Positions 1 through 8,951 of a stretch of DNA of 24,000 nucleotides are shown here, one piece after another; the stretch's first letter is position 1, and each line of letters begins with the position of its first letter. Under the pieces are notes generated by a model, which did not search any database, was not told where the DNA came from, and worked only from the letters and a program-made list of their open reading frames with translations. Origin of the DNA: Virgibacillus sp. SK37 (lineage in GTDB: Bacteria; Bacillota; Bacilli; Bacillales; Amphibacillaceae); assembly GCF_000725285.1 (NCBI RefSeq), contig NZ_CP007161.1:581911-605910 (forward strand), in the 5' to 3' direction. The translations under genes and the position numbers were made by a program.

Positions 1-2
1 TC

Positions 3-530
3 CATTTATATTTAAAGGATCAGGGATATAAGCAGGAGTGTACTTATTTTAACCTTGAAGAAAATTCAATAAAAAAAGGGTTTGACGGTTACTACTCCAA
101 AGATGATATAGAATGGATCATGGAGAGTAAATCAGGAAGTATAGATAGTAATAATAGTAAACACTGGAATAAAGTAAAAACGGCATACGATGATTTGAAA
201 GATAAGTTCAATGGAAATGTTACAAATAACCCTTGGAAAAATGCATATAATCATGCATCACAAATTGATGTGGGGACGGAACAAAATATAAGGAAAAATA
301 TTAAAATGCTATCAGATAATTTTACTAGGAAAAATTACCCTTTAATTAGTGATTTTAATATTATTCCAGCATCAACAATTTTTTTGAATGGTCAATGGGA
401 GAACCAAGACCTTGATGAATTGAGCGATAAGATTGTTGAACTAATTTCTGAGTTTAAATATAAAGATATAATTATAATTTGTATTACAAAGAAATCAGTT
501 GAACAATTTTTGAATTTCATTAATTCCTAA
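3..530 (+). CDS. 3' part of a small PD-(D/E)xK nuclease-like protein (5' end off-window); candidate Hachiman HamA-like partner of the downstream helicase
   Basis: The frame is open from nt 3 with no stop, so the ORF-track Met at 120 is internal and the gene is truncated by the window edge. GFDG (D at 84-86) followed 12 residues later by E-S-K (123-131) is spaced like a D...ExK nuclease core. Same strand as the DEAH helicase, 88 nt upstream of it. Confidence 0.45.
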   Translation, partial: HLYLKDQGYKQECTYFNLEENSIKKGFDGYYSKDDIEWIMESKSGSIDSNNSKHWNKVKTAYDDLKDKFNGNVTNNPWKNAYNHASQIDVGTEQNIRKNIKMLSDNFTRKNYPLISDFNIIPASTIFLNGQWENQDLDELSDKIVELISEFKYKDIIIICITKKSVEQFLNFINS

Positions 531-617
531 AATGGGGGGAGAAATATTAATAGAACAGAGAAGTCAAAACTAACAAACATAAATAAGATTAATGAATTTA
601 ATGAAGTAATCAAGAAG

Positions 618-3005
618 TTGACTATTAACACGGAACTAACTAATGAAGAAAAAAGCTATATTTTAGGTTGTGCAATATTATTTATAAAACATTTTGAATC
701 AGACCGGCGATATACAAGTTATTTAGAGTTTGCTTATTACATTATTTTAAAATATTCCATAAGTTACGAAGACTATTCACCTCTATACGATTTTTCAATT
801 AACTTTGGCTTTTATCCAATTGCAAAGGATGTAATTAATTATAATTTATTAGGGAATCAACTCAGTTTACACGATAGTCTGCAGGAATTAAAAATTGATA
901 ATTTCTCAACTAAGAATTATATTGAGACGTACCAACAAAAAGAAGTAAGAAGAAACTTATTAAATGATGATTCACAAAATATAAGTTATGTAGCCCCTAC
1001 ATCCTTCGGAAAAAGTTCACTTATTATAGAGCATATTCTGAATAATGGTCATTATAAAAAAATAGGGATTATTGTTCCTACTAAATCTCTTTTAATCCAG
1101 ACTTATAGATCCATAAGGGAATCAAATATATACAGAAGGATTTTAATTCACGATGAAATGTATAAGAATGATGAAAAATTCATAGCAATTTTCACTCAGG
1201 AAAGAGCGCTCCGATTATTAGACAAAAATAATGTATTCTTTGACATATTATATATTGATGAGGCGCATAACTTGTTTGGAAAAGATTCTAGAAATATTCT
1301 ACTTTCAAGATTAATTCGAAGGAACAGATTGCTTAATCATAACCAGAAGACTATATATTTATCGCCATTGATATCTGACAGTGACAACCTAAAGATAAAC
1401 GAGCAGCAGGAAGGTATTAGTGAACAAAGGATATCCAATAACTTAAAGGAACCTGAGATTTTTGAATATAGGTTATCAGGAAAAGCATTCCAATATAATA
1501 GATTTGTAAATGAATTTTACCAACTCAGTAATTCAGCTAACAGCCTCACCTATATAAAACAAAATAAAGGGCAGAAAAATTTTATTTATATTAGATCTCC
1601 TAGAAAAATAGAAATGTTTGTTAAAGAATTTGCTTCAACCATAGATAATATAAATGATGAAGACACCAGTATTAACGAATTAATCGTAGAACTAGAAAAA
1701 TTTGTTCATAAAGATTTCTTTATGATAGAACTACTTTCTAAAGGTATTATTTATTTACATGGCAAAATGCCTGATATAGTTAAGGAGTTTTTGGAATATA
1801 AGTTTAATAGAATTAACAATCTTAAATATGTGGTTGCTAATAGTGTAATATTAGAAGGAATTAATTTACCGATTGACACACTTTTTATATTAAATACATA
1901 TAACTTAAATGGTAAAGAACTTACTAATTTAATGGGTAGAGTTAATAGGCTCAACAATATCTTTAATGGATTTTCAAATGAGTTACATAGGTTACTCCCC
2001 CCCATACATTTCGTTAATACAGAAACTTATAATAGAATAAATAGTAAAATGGAAAATAAAATAAAAAGTTTAAGAAGTAATATATTTGAGGATAAAATTG
2101 AGAATCCAACATTAGAATCTTTTGATTTTGAAAAATTAAAGATAGACCAAGATAGAAGGGTAGAGGCAGAAGAAAGATTTAATAGAATAAAAGAAAATGA
2201 GGATATATTATTTAATAATAAAGATGATAAAATCAGCCAATTAAAGAGGTATTTAATTAATTCTGGATTGGAGAGTATGTATGACATTAGAAATGATGAA
2301 TTCTTAAATCAGTTACTAATGAAGATTAATAGATTTGAAAAGCAGCAAACTACTGAATGGTTAGAATTGGATATTATAGACAAAATAAATTCAGTATTTA
2401 TTGAGGACTTAGAAAAATATATTATTGACTTTGAGTTTGCTAGGCTGTCTAATTCACAGGCTAGGAATTACTACAAAATGTACTTATTCAATTTTCGGAC
2501 ATACTCATTAAAAGATAATATTATTGCAACTTTTAATTATTTCAAGAAGAGAGTAAGTAAAGGAAATAGTCTATTTTATATAGGAAATTCATATGGCGAA
2601 GAAAGTAAGCAAACTGACAACTATTCGGATAGAAATAAAGAAGTTTATGTAGATTTATCAAATAAGACAGATCCAGAAATAATTAATTTAGCTATTGTTA
2701 AAATGAAAATTGAAGAAGACTTCATCAACTACCAGTTAAATAAATTGGTTGTTGCACTGTACGATTATTCTTTAATTTCTCAGGATGAATATCATTTAGC
2801 TATATATGGAACTAATGATGAAAAAAAGATTAACTTGATCAAAACAGGATTGTCTTTAAATTTAATTACTAGACTTCAAAAAGATAACCAACTTAAAAAT
2901 ATTCATTTGGATATAAATAATAATTTAGTAACAGACTTAGAATTTGAAAACTATAGAAGTACGATGCAGGGACTTTATCGATTTGAATTGGATAAATTCC
3001 TATAA
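618..3005 (+). CDS. SF2 DEAH-box helicase, 795 aa; candidate Hachiman HamB-like helicase
   Basis: Walker A APTSFGKSS (GKS 1008-1016), motif II YIDEAHNL (DEAH 1257-1268), motif VI-like NLMGRVNRL. The TTG at 618 is the first start-like codon after an in-frame TAA (528-530). A strong GGGGGGAG at 534-541 has no canonical start codon behind it, so the true start is uncertain. Confidence 0.6.
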   Translation: MTINTELTNEEKSYILGCAILFIKHFESDRRYTSYLEFAYYIILKYSISYEDYSPLYDFSINFGFYPIAKDVINYNLLGNQLSLHDSLQELKIDNFSTKNYIETYQQKEVRRNLLNDDSQNISYVAPTSFGKSSLIIEHILNNGHYKKIGIIVPTKSLLIQTYRSIRESNIYRRILIHDEMYKNDEKFIAIFTQERALRLLDKNNVFFDILYIDEAHNLFGKDSRNILLSRLIRRNRLLNHNQKTIYLSPLISDSDNLKINEQQEGISEQRISNNLKEPEIFEYRLSGKAFQYNRFVNEFYQLSNSANSLTYIKQNKGQKNFIYIRSPRKIEMFVKEFASTIDNINDEDTSINELIVELEKFVHKDFFMIELLSKGIIYLHGKMPDIVKEFLEYKFNRINNLKYVVANSVILEGINLPIDTLFILNTYNLNGKELTNLMGRVNRLNNIFNGFSNELHRLLPPIHFVNTETYNRINSKMENKIKSLRSNIFEDKIENPTLESFDFEKLKIDQDRRVEAEERFNRIKENEDILFNNKDDKISQLKRYLINSGLESMYDIRNDEFLNQLLMKINRFEKQQTTEWLELDIIDKINSVFIEDLEKYIIDFEFARLSNSQARNYYKMYLFNFRTYSLKDNIIATFNYFKKRVSKGNSLFYIGNSYGEESKQTDNYSDRNKEVYVDLSNKTDPEIINLAIVKMKIEEDFINYQLNKLVVALYDYSLISQDEYHLAIYGTNDEKKINLIKTGLSLNLITRLQKDNQLKNIHLDINNNLVTDLEFENYRSTMQGLYRFELDKFL

Positions 3006-3144
3006 AGATTTTAATGTGATTTTTTCCCTAAAGGAAAATAAATTTATGAAATTATGGCTTTCTATTATCTTCAGTATTTTCAATAAGAATTGTTTAAAAA
3101 ATTGGAATAGAGATTTACAAACTTTTTATTTGGGAGTCATTTAA

Positions 3145-6100
3145 ATGGAATTAATTAATTTTTTGGATAATAGAATTCAAGATGCAGTAAGACCCTACCA
3201 ATTAGATGCATTGGATAATATTAACCGCTATCTATACAGTGATTCTAACAAACAAGCTCTAATCAAGATGCCAATGGGAACAGGAAAAACAGTAATTATC
3301 GCAATAGCAGCTGCATTTTTCCCACATATCAAAAATTGTTTAGTAGTAACAAGCTCATCTGCAGTAAAAGAACAGCTTATAAAGGATATAAAAATAGGTG
3401 TTTGGAGCAATTTAAGTGTCCCCTTTTGTCCAATAAAACCTGTAGTCGAGTTATTACCGTCAGATTCAGGTAGGATTAACACTGATCAACACCCAACAAT
3501 ATATGTATGTACGGTTCAATCCTTGCTAAGAATTAAACAAGAGAATAATAGTAATTATAACTTATTAAAAAATAAATTGGATTTAGTTATATTTGATGAA
3601 GGGCATAAAGAACCAGCACAACAATGGCAAGCTACAATTAGAGAGCTAGAGGCTAAAGTAGTACTGTTTTCAGCTACTCCTGTCAGGAATGACTTGAATA
3701 AATTTTCAATAGATAATCAATTTGTATTTACGTATTCTTTTATTGATGCTGTTAATCAAGGTTATGTGAAAGATGTAATTTTTTCCATAATAGATTCAAC
3801 GACAATTTCAAACTCACAAAGGGTAGGTGAGTTTGTATCATACATTAATAATTCATTAGAGAGTTACGTTAATGAATATGATTGTGACAGAGATGAAGTA
3901 AAAGTAATTATAAGGTGTAATACAGATGAAGAGATTGAAATGCTAGTTGATGAATTAAATAACCGAGGATTAAAAGCAAAAGGAGTACATGAAAAATTTG
4001 CACAAGCAAATTCGAAATTACTTCAAAATGTACCTAGTGATTTACGAAGCGATGACACAGTATGTTGGGTTCATCAGTATAAACTGGTTGAAGGAATAGA
4101 TAATTATAAATTTTGTATTCTTGGTATCTATCAAGCGCTTCCTGACCCTCGTTCATTTGTTCAACAAGTAGGAAGAGTTATTAGAAAAAGAAATATAGAC
4201 ATAAATCAAAGTGCAAAAATCATTGTCTGGGATCATCAAGATTACCAATTACAATGGTGGGATTCTTATTTTAATTATGAAAGAGCTATAAGTGATGGAG
4301 AGACAGATACTGTTTTTAGTTTTTCTGAATACTTTTCGAATTTGTTAACAATTAGCCCTTCTGTTATGTATTTAAACAAGAAATATTTAAAACGATACTC
4401 AGTGGAAGAAGATATTAATAATCTATTTAAACTAGAGAAATACCAACTTCCAAAGAAAACAAACATATATGAGAGTCATTTAGAAGAATTTGATATTAAT
4501 AGTGTATTTACTAAAACAATAGATGCTATTCATAATGAATTAATATTAAGAGATAACAATATTCTCGATAAAATAGTAATTAATGAAAACCATACAGTTT
4601 GTTTTATTTATGCACATTATTATAATAGTCCGTATTTAACAAAGGAAGTATTACTAGAGCAAAAAATAGGGATATTAATTTTTAGAATTATAGAAAAAAC
4701 TTTATTCCTATATGATACTACAAATTTTACTCCAGAGCATATAAAGGAAGAATGGAAGAGAATTTCGGCTCTGAAATTAAAAAAACTTTTTGATAGAGAT
4801 ACATCATTTTCGTCAGCTACTATTCAAAATGGTAGTATAAATTTTAATCATTTTAATAGAATGGTTCTATATTCAGACGACATTGCACAGATGGCTCCAA
4901 GCATATCAGATCAATATAACTTCCTTACTACAGTCCAAAGTAAAAAAAGTAATTTAAGTGGACAATCATCATTAAGAAGGTATGTAGGGTTTTCAAATGC
5001 GCGAATTAGTCAGGCTTCCACAATGACTAGACTGGATCTGTATATAGATTGGCTAGACCAACTTTATCACTCTTTATATAGAGAAGGTGATGATCATACA
5101 TTTTTTCAAAGATATGCACCTGTAACTGACATACCGGAAGAGACAGAGCCAGTGAGCATACTGTTACAATTTGAGGGTAATGAATTAATTCAAGATTCTG
5201 TTGGGACTCTAATTGAATTAGACAGTAATTTTTATAGAATTACAGATAGAGTTTTTTACTTAAAATATATGCAAGAAGAATATGAGGTAGAGATAACATT
5301 TAATACAATTAAAGGCGAATATAATTTGCAATTTAGGAATGAAGAAGACGAACCAGACATCTTTTATGGAAAGCAACGAATATTAAATTGGCTGAATGAT
5401 AACCAGTCATTTCAACTTCTTTTAAATCAAAATGAATATCGTTATTTTAAGGGATATTTTTATAAGCTCGGTGTGCCAAGAAATTACGGTGGTCTATTAA
5501 ATTATCTTGATGAGAACAGCATTCAACTGTCAGCAAGAACTAAAATTAATGAAAAAGGAAAATTTTATAAGGATGGATCACCACAACCCAATACAGCAAT
5601 TTGGGATAAAAATTCTTTGTTTTATTTAGTTGCTAAAAAAGGAATAAATATAAATAATAATTCAAAATTAAAAAGATTATTGCAGGATTCTGATTATGTT
5701 ATTTGTACTGATTTAAATAGTGAGATAGCAGATTTTATAACTGTAAGTGAGTCAACGAACACAGTTTGTTTTATCCATTGTAAAGCTGGAAAAAGCAAGC
5801 TTTCAGCCTCTGCTTTTCAAGAGGTTTGCGGCCAAATATTGAAAAATTTAGACTACGTAAATGATGTGAGTAATAGGTTACCTGTTGATTTAGAAAGATG
5901 GAATGGTATTTGGACACATCGTAGTTATAGAGCTGTAGTTAATAGACGAATAATCAATCCTGATAATATATCTTCTGAAGATATCTGGAATAAACTTAAA
6001 GAAATTCAAACTAACCCAGATTCAACAACAAATGTAATTGCGCTTGTAGGAGATGCATTTTCCAAGGAAACATATGATCGTGAAAGCAGAAAGCCGTGGG

Positions 6101-6210
6101 GTAGACAAAAACCCGAAAAAATACAGATAGATTATATACTGCTTGAAACCGCATTAGCAGTAGAGCGATCTCAAGCAAAATTTTTAGTCTCATACACAAA
6201 AAAAGTGTAA
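3145..6210 (+). CDS. 1021-aa DExH (ResIII-like) SF2 helicase with a large unassigned central region and a restriction-endonuclease-fold-like C-terminus
   Basis: RPYQLDAL, Walker A MPMGTGKT (3277-3291), FDEGH (DEGH 3595-3606), SATP, QQVGRVIRK. C-terminal ADFITV (D at 5731-5733) ...VCFIHCKAGK (H-C-K 5776-5784) resembles the D...(E/Q)xK core of Mrr/NERD-type nucleases. GGGAG lies 8 nt before the ATG. No convincing terminator in the 139-nt gap to the upstream helicase. Confidence 0.6.
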   Translation: MELINFLDNRIQDAVRPYQLDALDNINRYLYSDSNKQALIKMPMGTGKTVIIAIAAAFFPHIKNCLVVTSSSAVKEQLIKDIKIGVWSNLSVPFCPIKPVVELLPSDSGRINTDQHPTIYVCTVQSLLRIKQENNSNYNLLKNKLDLVIFDEGHKEPAQQWQATIRELEAKVVLFSATPVRNDLNKFSIDNQFVFTYSFIDAVNQGYVKDVIFSIIDSTTISNSQRVGEFVSYINNSLESYVNEYDCDRDEVKVIIRCNTDEEIEMLVDELNNRGLKAKGVHEKFAQANSKLLQNVPSDLRSDDTVCWVHQYKLVEGIDNYKFCILGIYQALPDPRSFVQQVGRVIRKRNIDINQSAKIIVWDHQDYQLQWWDSYFNYERAISDGETDTVFSFSEYFSNLLTISPSVMYLNKKYLKRYSVEEDINNLFKLEKYQLPKKTNIYESHLEEFDINSVFTKTIDAIHNELILRDNNILDKIVINENHTVCFIYAHYYNSPYLTKEVLLEQKIGILIFRIIEKTLFLYDTTNFTPEHIKEEWKRISALKLKKLFDRDTSFSSATIQNGSINFNHFNRMVLYSDDIAQMAPSISDQYNFLTTVQSKKSNLSGQSSLRRYVGFSNARISQASTMTRLDLYIDWLDQLYHSLYREGDDHTFFQRYAPVTDIPEETEPVSILLQFEGNELIQDSVGTLIELDSNFYRITDRVFYLKYMQEEYEVEITFNTIKGEYNLQFRNEEDEPDIFYGKQRILNWLNDNQSFQLLLNQNEYRYFKGYFYKLGVPRNYGGLLNYLDENSIQLSARTKINEKGKFYKDGSPQPNTAIWDKNSLFYLVAKKGININNNSKLKRLLQDSDYVICTDLNSEIADFITVSESTNTVCFIHCKAGKSKLSASAFQEVCGQILKNLDYVNDVSNRLPVDLERWNGIWTHRSYRAVVNRRIINPDNISSEDIWNKLKEIQTNPDSTTNVIALVGDAFSKETYDRESRKPWGRQKPEKIQIDYILLETALAVERSQAKFLVSYTKKV

Positions 6211-6299
6211 TCAAACTTTTACAATTATATTATTCTAAATAACCCAATCTTTAATAATTGAAGGATTTTAACAATGAACTTTTTTAGGGAGTAGAAAAA

Positions 6300-6373
6300 A
6301 TGAGAGCTTCTCTACATGTTAAGCATTACACCAGTATGAATGAAGGTTTTATACTAAAGAGTAAATATTTAAA
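6300..6373 (+). pseudogene. Severed 5' fragment (first ~24 codons plus RBS) of the deaminase-like gene that resumes at 7807/7817
   Basis: GGGAG (6287-6291) then ATG 6300, encoding MRASLHVKHYTSMNEGFILKSKYL. The frame runs into the ISL3 end and stops at 6398-6400. Deleting 6374-7806 joins it in frame to the 7817 ORF (...KYLNWQK-MIVELK...). Confidence 0.7.
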
Positions 6374-7798
6374 GGTTCTCAGTCAAATGTGGTGGTGTGA
6401 TTTTCACTCCACCATCTCTTTTATTAAAAAGCCTTTGCTTAAATAGCTGCGTACGTATATTGGTTGCCGTTTCTATTGTGTCAAAACCCTTCTAACCTCT
6501 TGTCGCCACAGTATTTTCTTTTTTAATCGATTAAAATTTTTAATTCCATACGACATTCGTTTTGCCACTTTAATTGTATTATTTACGCCTTCAATATATC
6601 CATTATTAAAAGGATACATAAAGGAATGCAAGATCTCTTGCTTCCACCGCTCAAATGTTTTTCTTACTCTATGAAAAGACTCAATATTAGAATCCTTCAT
6701 CGCCATTAAACATCCTTCTAGACCCTGTGTAGCGGTCTTTTCGTTACTCTCTTTAAACCACTGATCAAGTTTGTTTTTTAGGTTGTATGCCTCTTCTAAT
6801 CGAGGATCAACCTGGAGTAACTGATTTACTTTCTCTCGCTCTTCTTCTGATAATTTATAGGTTGATTTCCAAAGTAACTTTTTACTTTTTTTCATATATA
6901 TCCGGTCTTTTTTCTCTAAGTCTCTTTGCACTTCTCGACGTACTTCATCTAGCGCCCAATATACTTGCCGCATAAAATGAAATCGATCAGCGATGATCAG
7001 TGGGTTACCAAGCGCCTTCCGTATTGCTTGCTTAAAAGACTTAGAAAGGTCCATGACGACAATCTCTACGTTACTTGTATCACAGGACTGAAGATAAGCT
7101 TTAATTGTATCTACCTTCCGATCAGGTAAGACATCCACAATCTCTTTATTTTCTACATCCGCAATGACCGTTTGAAACCTTTCACCGCCCGCATCCCCTT
7201 TAAATTCATCAATAGCTAACGCACGTGGCAGGACTTTCCTTGTTTTTATTTCTTTTCGATCATAAATACGAAGTAACCGTTGCGAACTCATCCCAGTTAA
7301 CTGGGCAGCTGTAGTAAATGAGCCCACAGCTGTATACGTTAGCGCTGTCGTTTGTATAGAACGGGTGCAACGTTGGTATCGTTCCACCATCTGAAGCTTT
7401 TCATAAAACGTATGATTACACGCCTTACATAAGTAGCGTCTCTTTTTCAAAGAAATACTAACTGGTTTATTGGAAACAATGGGCCCCTGAATCGTTTGGG
7501 TACGATAGCCGTGGATACTTTTTGTCCTATTGCCACAAAACGGGCACTTCTGCTTCTTTACTTTTGTATATAGCTCTACAAAAAACTTAGCTGAGTCACT
7601 AGAAACTTCCCATACATCTACATGTTTGTCTTCAATACCTAACATTTCTATGATAAAATGGTTTTGCACTCTTTCCCTCTCCTTTTCCTTTTGTGTCGCA
7701 ACTTTAGGTTAACAAAAGAGAGGGGAATGAGTGTATTTTTTTGTTTCTTACGGAAACACTGATCCTCCAAAGGAGACCACCACATTTAGTATAGAGCC
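6374..7798 (-). mobile_element. ISL3-family insertion sequence (1425 bp), complete
   Basis: Imperfect terminal inverted repeats: GGTTCTCAGTCAAATGTGGTGGT at 6374 versus the reverse complement of the right end, GGCTCTATACTAAATGTGGTGGT, ending at 7798 (17 of 23 identical by hand count). Perfect 8-bp direct target duplication TATTTAAA at 6366-6373 and 7799-7806. Single transposase ORF inside. Confidence 0.9.
6473..7669 (-). CDS. ISL3-family transposase (398 aa)
   Basis: N-terminal zinc finger CPFCG...CKACNHTF, followed by an HTH region and a DDE-type body typical of ISL3 transposases. Flanked by the IRs and target duplication described for the element. Confidence 0.85.
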   Translation of the reverse strand: MQNHFIIEMLGIEDKHVDVWEVSSDSAKFFVELYTKVKKQKCPFCGNRTKSIHGYRTQTIQGPIVSNKPVSISLKKRRYLCKACNHTFYEKLQMVERYQRCTRSIQTTALTYTAVGSFTTAAQLTGMSSQRLLRIYDRKEIKTRKVLPRALAIDEFKGDAGGERFQTVIADVENKEIVDVLPDRKVDTIKAYLQSCDTSNVEIVVMDLSKSFKQAIRKALGNPLIIADRFHFMRQVYWALDEVRREVQRDLEKKDRIYMKKSKKLLWKSTYKLSEEEREKVNQLLQVDPRLEEAYNLKNKLDQWFKESNEKTATQGLEGCLMAMKDSNIESFHRVRKTFERWKQEILHSFMYPFNNGYIEGVNNTIKVAKRMSYGIKNFNRLKKKILWRQEVRRVLTQ

Positions 7799-7816
7799 TA
7801 TTTAAACTGGCAAAAA

Positions 7817-8344
7817 ATGATAGTAGAACTTAAAAGAGCAGGTGAGCTTGGAAAAAAGGCATTTTTTAATCATTTAAATCGCAACTATGCGATAGGAATG
7901 CTAAAAACTAATATGGGAGAAAAATATTTTTATTCTACCTGCCAGATACAAAGTAAGGATGCATATAATAATTTTAAGGACAAAGTTGAAAAACATAAAA
8001 AATACATGTGGAATAATATGATTAATGATTTGTATTATGCAACTCCACCTTTCTTGTTTAATTATGTAAATGTGGACCGGTCAAGAGGAATTCGTACTCC
8101 CCATTCATGGAGTAGAGAACAAGACAGTGAAAGTGTTATCTTAGAGAAAATTAGTAAATATATGTTTGATAATAGATTGTATGATTGTAAAGTATTCATA
8201 TATTCACAAAAGGAGCCATGTTTAAACTGTGAAACAGTTTTCCAACAGTTTATTGAGAGGCACCCATTAACGAATCTAACAATATTTTATCATGAAACCA
8301 ACTATAAGCAGTTACCCTCAAAGTATAATTGGAGATTTAAATAG
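7817..8344 (+). CDS. 3' portion (175 codons from an internal Met) of an IS-disrupted deaminase-fold-like protein, possibly a toxin
   Basis: KEPCLNCE (PCxxC 8216-8230) is preceded 28 residues earlier by D-S-E (8123-8131), at the start of a helix-like stretch where deaminases carry H/C-x-E. The beta-strand-like FIYSQ and LTIFY context fits a deaminase fold. No SD precedes the ATG at 7817, and the frame is open upstream to the IS end. Confidence 0.35.
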   Translation: MIVELKRAGELGKKAFFNHLNRNYAIGMLKTNMGEKYFYSTCQIQSKDAYNNFKDKVEKHKKYMWNNMINDLYYATPPFLFNYVNVDRSRGIRTPHSWSREQDSESVILEKISKYMFDNRLYDCKVFIYSQKEPCLNCETVFQQFIERHPLTNLTIFYHETNYKQLPSKYNWRFK

Positions 8345-8347
8345 GAT

Positions 8348-8878
8348 ATGGAAATTAATAAAAATTTAATTAAAAATATTAAAAAGATAGAAGAAGAAAT
8401 AAAACTAGAGAACTTGTTTACTGCTGAAGAATTAATTGATTTAACTAAATCAAATTTAAAAGATAACTTGGAACTTTATAATAACGAGTACATTAAATCA
8501 ATTGACAGAACGATTGATGATTTATACTTGTTGTACTCTGAAAGTGTAAAAACACGATATTTATTAATTGCTACCTGTACATTTAGTTTATTAAAACATT
8601 ACGAAACTGAAATTTTTATTTCTTTTCAAGAAAATAATGCATCAAACAAGCGCAAGTCTAAATCAATTAGAACCTTTTTTAAGGAAGTTTCCGATTTGGA
8701 ATTTGGGAATATAGAACTAAGATCATACAATAATAATATTCTTCTAAATGATAACTTACCACCAACATATGTTTCCGAATATATTATTAAGCTTACGGAA
8801 GAATTGTTCTTTCTTATGCCATTAAAAATGAGTGAGGGGTTTAAAGAACTAAACTCAAAGATTTTACAAAAAATATAA
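8348..8878 (+). CDS. Hypothetical 176-aa helical protein, tightly coupled to the deaminase-like gene; candidate immunity/antitoxin partner
   Basis: ATG lies 3 nt after the upstream stop (8342-8344). No recognisable catalytic motif. The genomic arrangement resembles toxin-immunity pairs. Confidence 0.3.
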   Translation: MEINKNLIKNIKKIEEEIKLENLFTAEELIDLTKSNLKDNLELYNNEYIKSIDRTIDDLYLLYSESVKTRYLLIATCTFSLLKHYETEIFISFQENNASNKRKSKSIRTFFKEVSDLEFGNIELRSYNNNILLNDNLPPTYVSEYIIKLTEELFFLMPLKMSEGFKELNSKILQKI

Positions 8879-8951
8879 TTGTCTCTTTTTAAGTAATTGA
8901 ACTTAAAGATTACAATCATAAAAAATACTAATAATACTGGTAAAAAAATGC

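Noticed and set aside
528-620. The first gene and the DEAH helicase are in the same reading frame, separated by a single TAA (possible readthrough fusion)
   Set aside because: Same-frame arrangement is expected by chance one time in three. There is no readthrough context or slippery sequence that I can see. Hachiman-type pairs are normally separate proteins.
2944-3144. 66-aa plus-strand ORF bridging the two helicase genes
   Set aside because: It overlaps the 3' end of the 795-aa gene in another frame, has no SD and no motif. Its end simply abuts the real start at 3145. Treated as spurious.
1751-4466. Minus-strand ORFs 1751-2005, 2027-2287, 3228-3482 and 4275-4466 from the track
   Set aside because: All lie antisense inside the two long helicase ORFs. 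They have low-complexity, Leu/Ile/Ser-rich translations typical of the shadow frames of AT-rich coding sequence, and no SD or recognisable motifs.
6011-7712. Small ORFs 6011-6214(-), 6787-6975(+) and 7530-7712(+)
   Set aside because: They lie antisense to the helicase 3' end or to the ISL3 transposase. They lack ribosome-binding sites and motifs, so they are shadow ORFs.
8626-8919. 97-aa minus-strand ORF overlapping the 176-aa partner gene
   Set aside because: Antisense to a better-supported, translationally coupled + strand gene, and it has a low-complexity translation.
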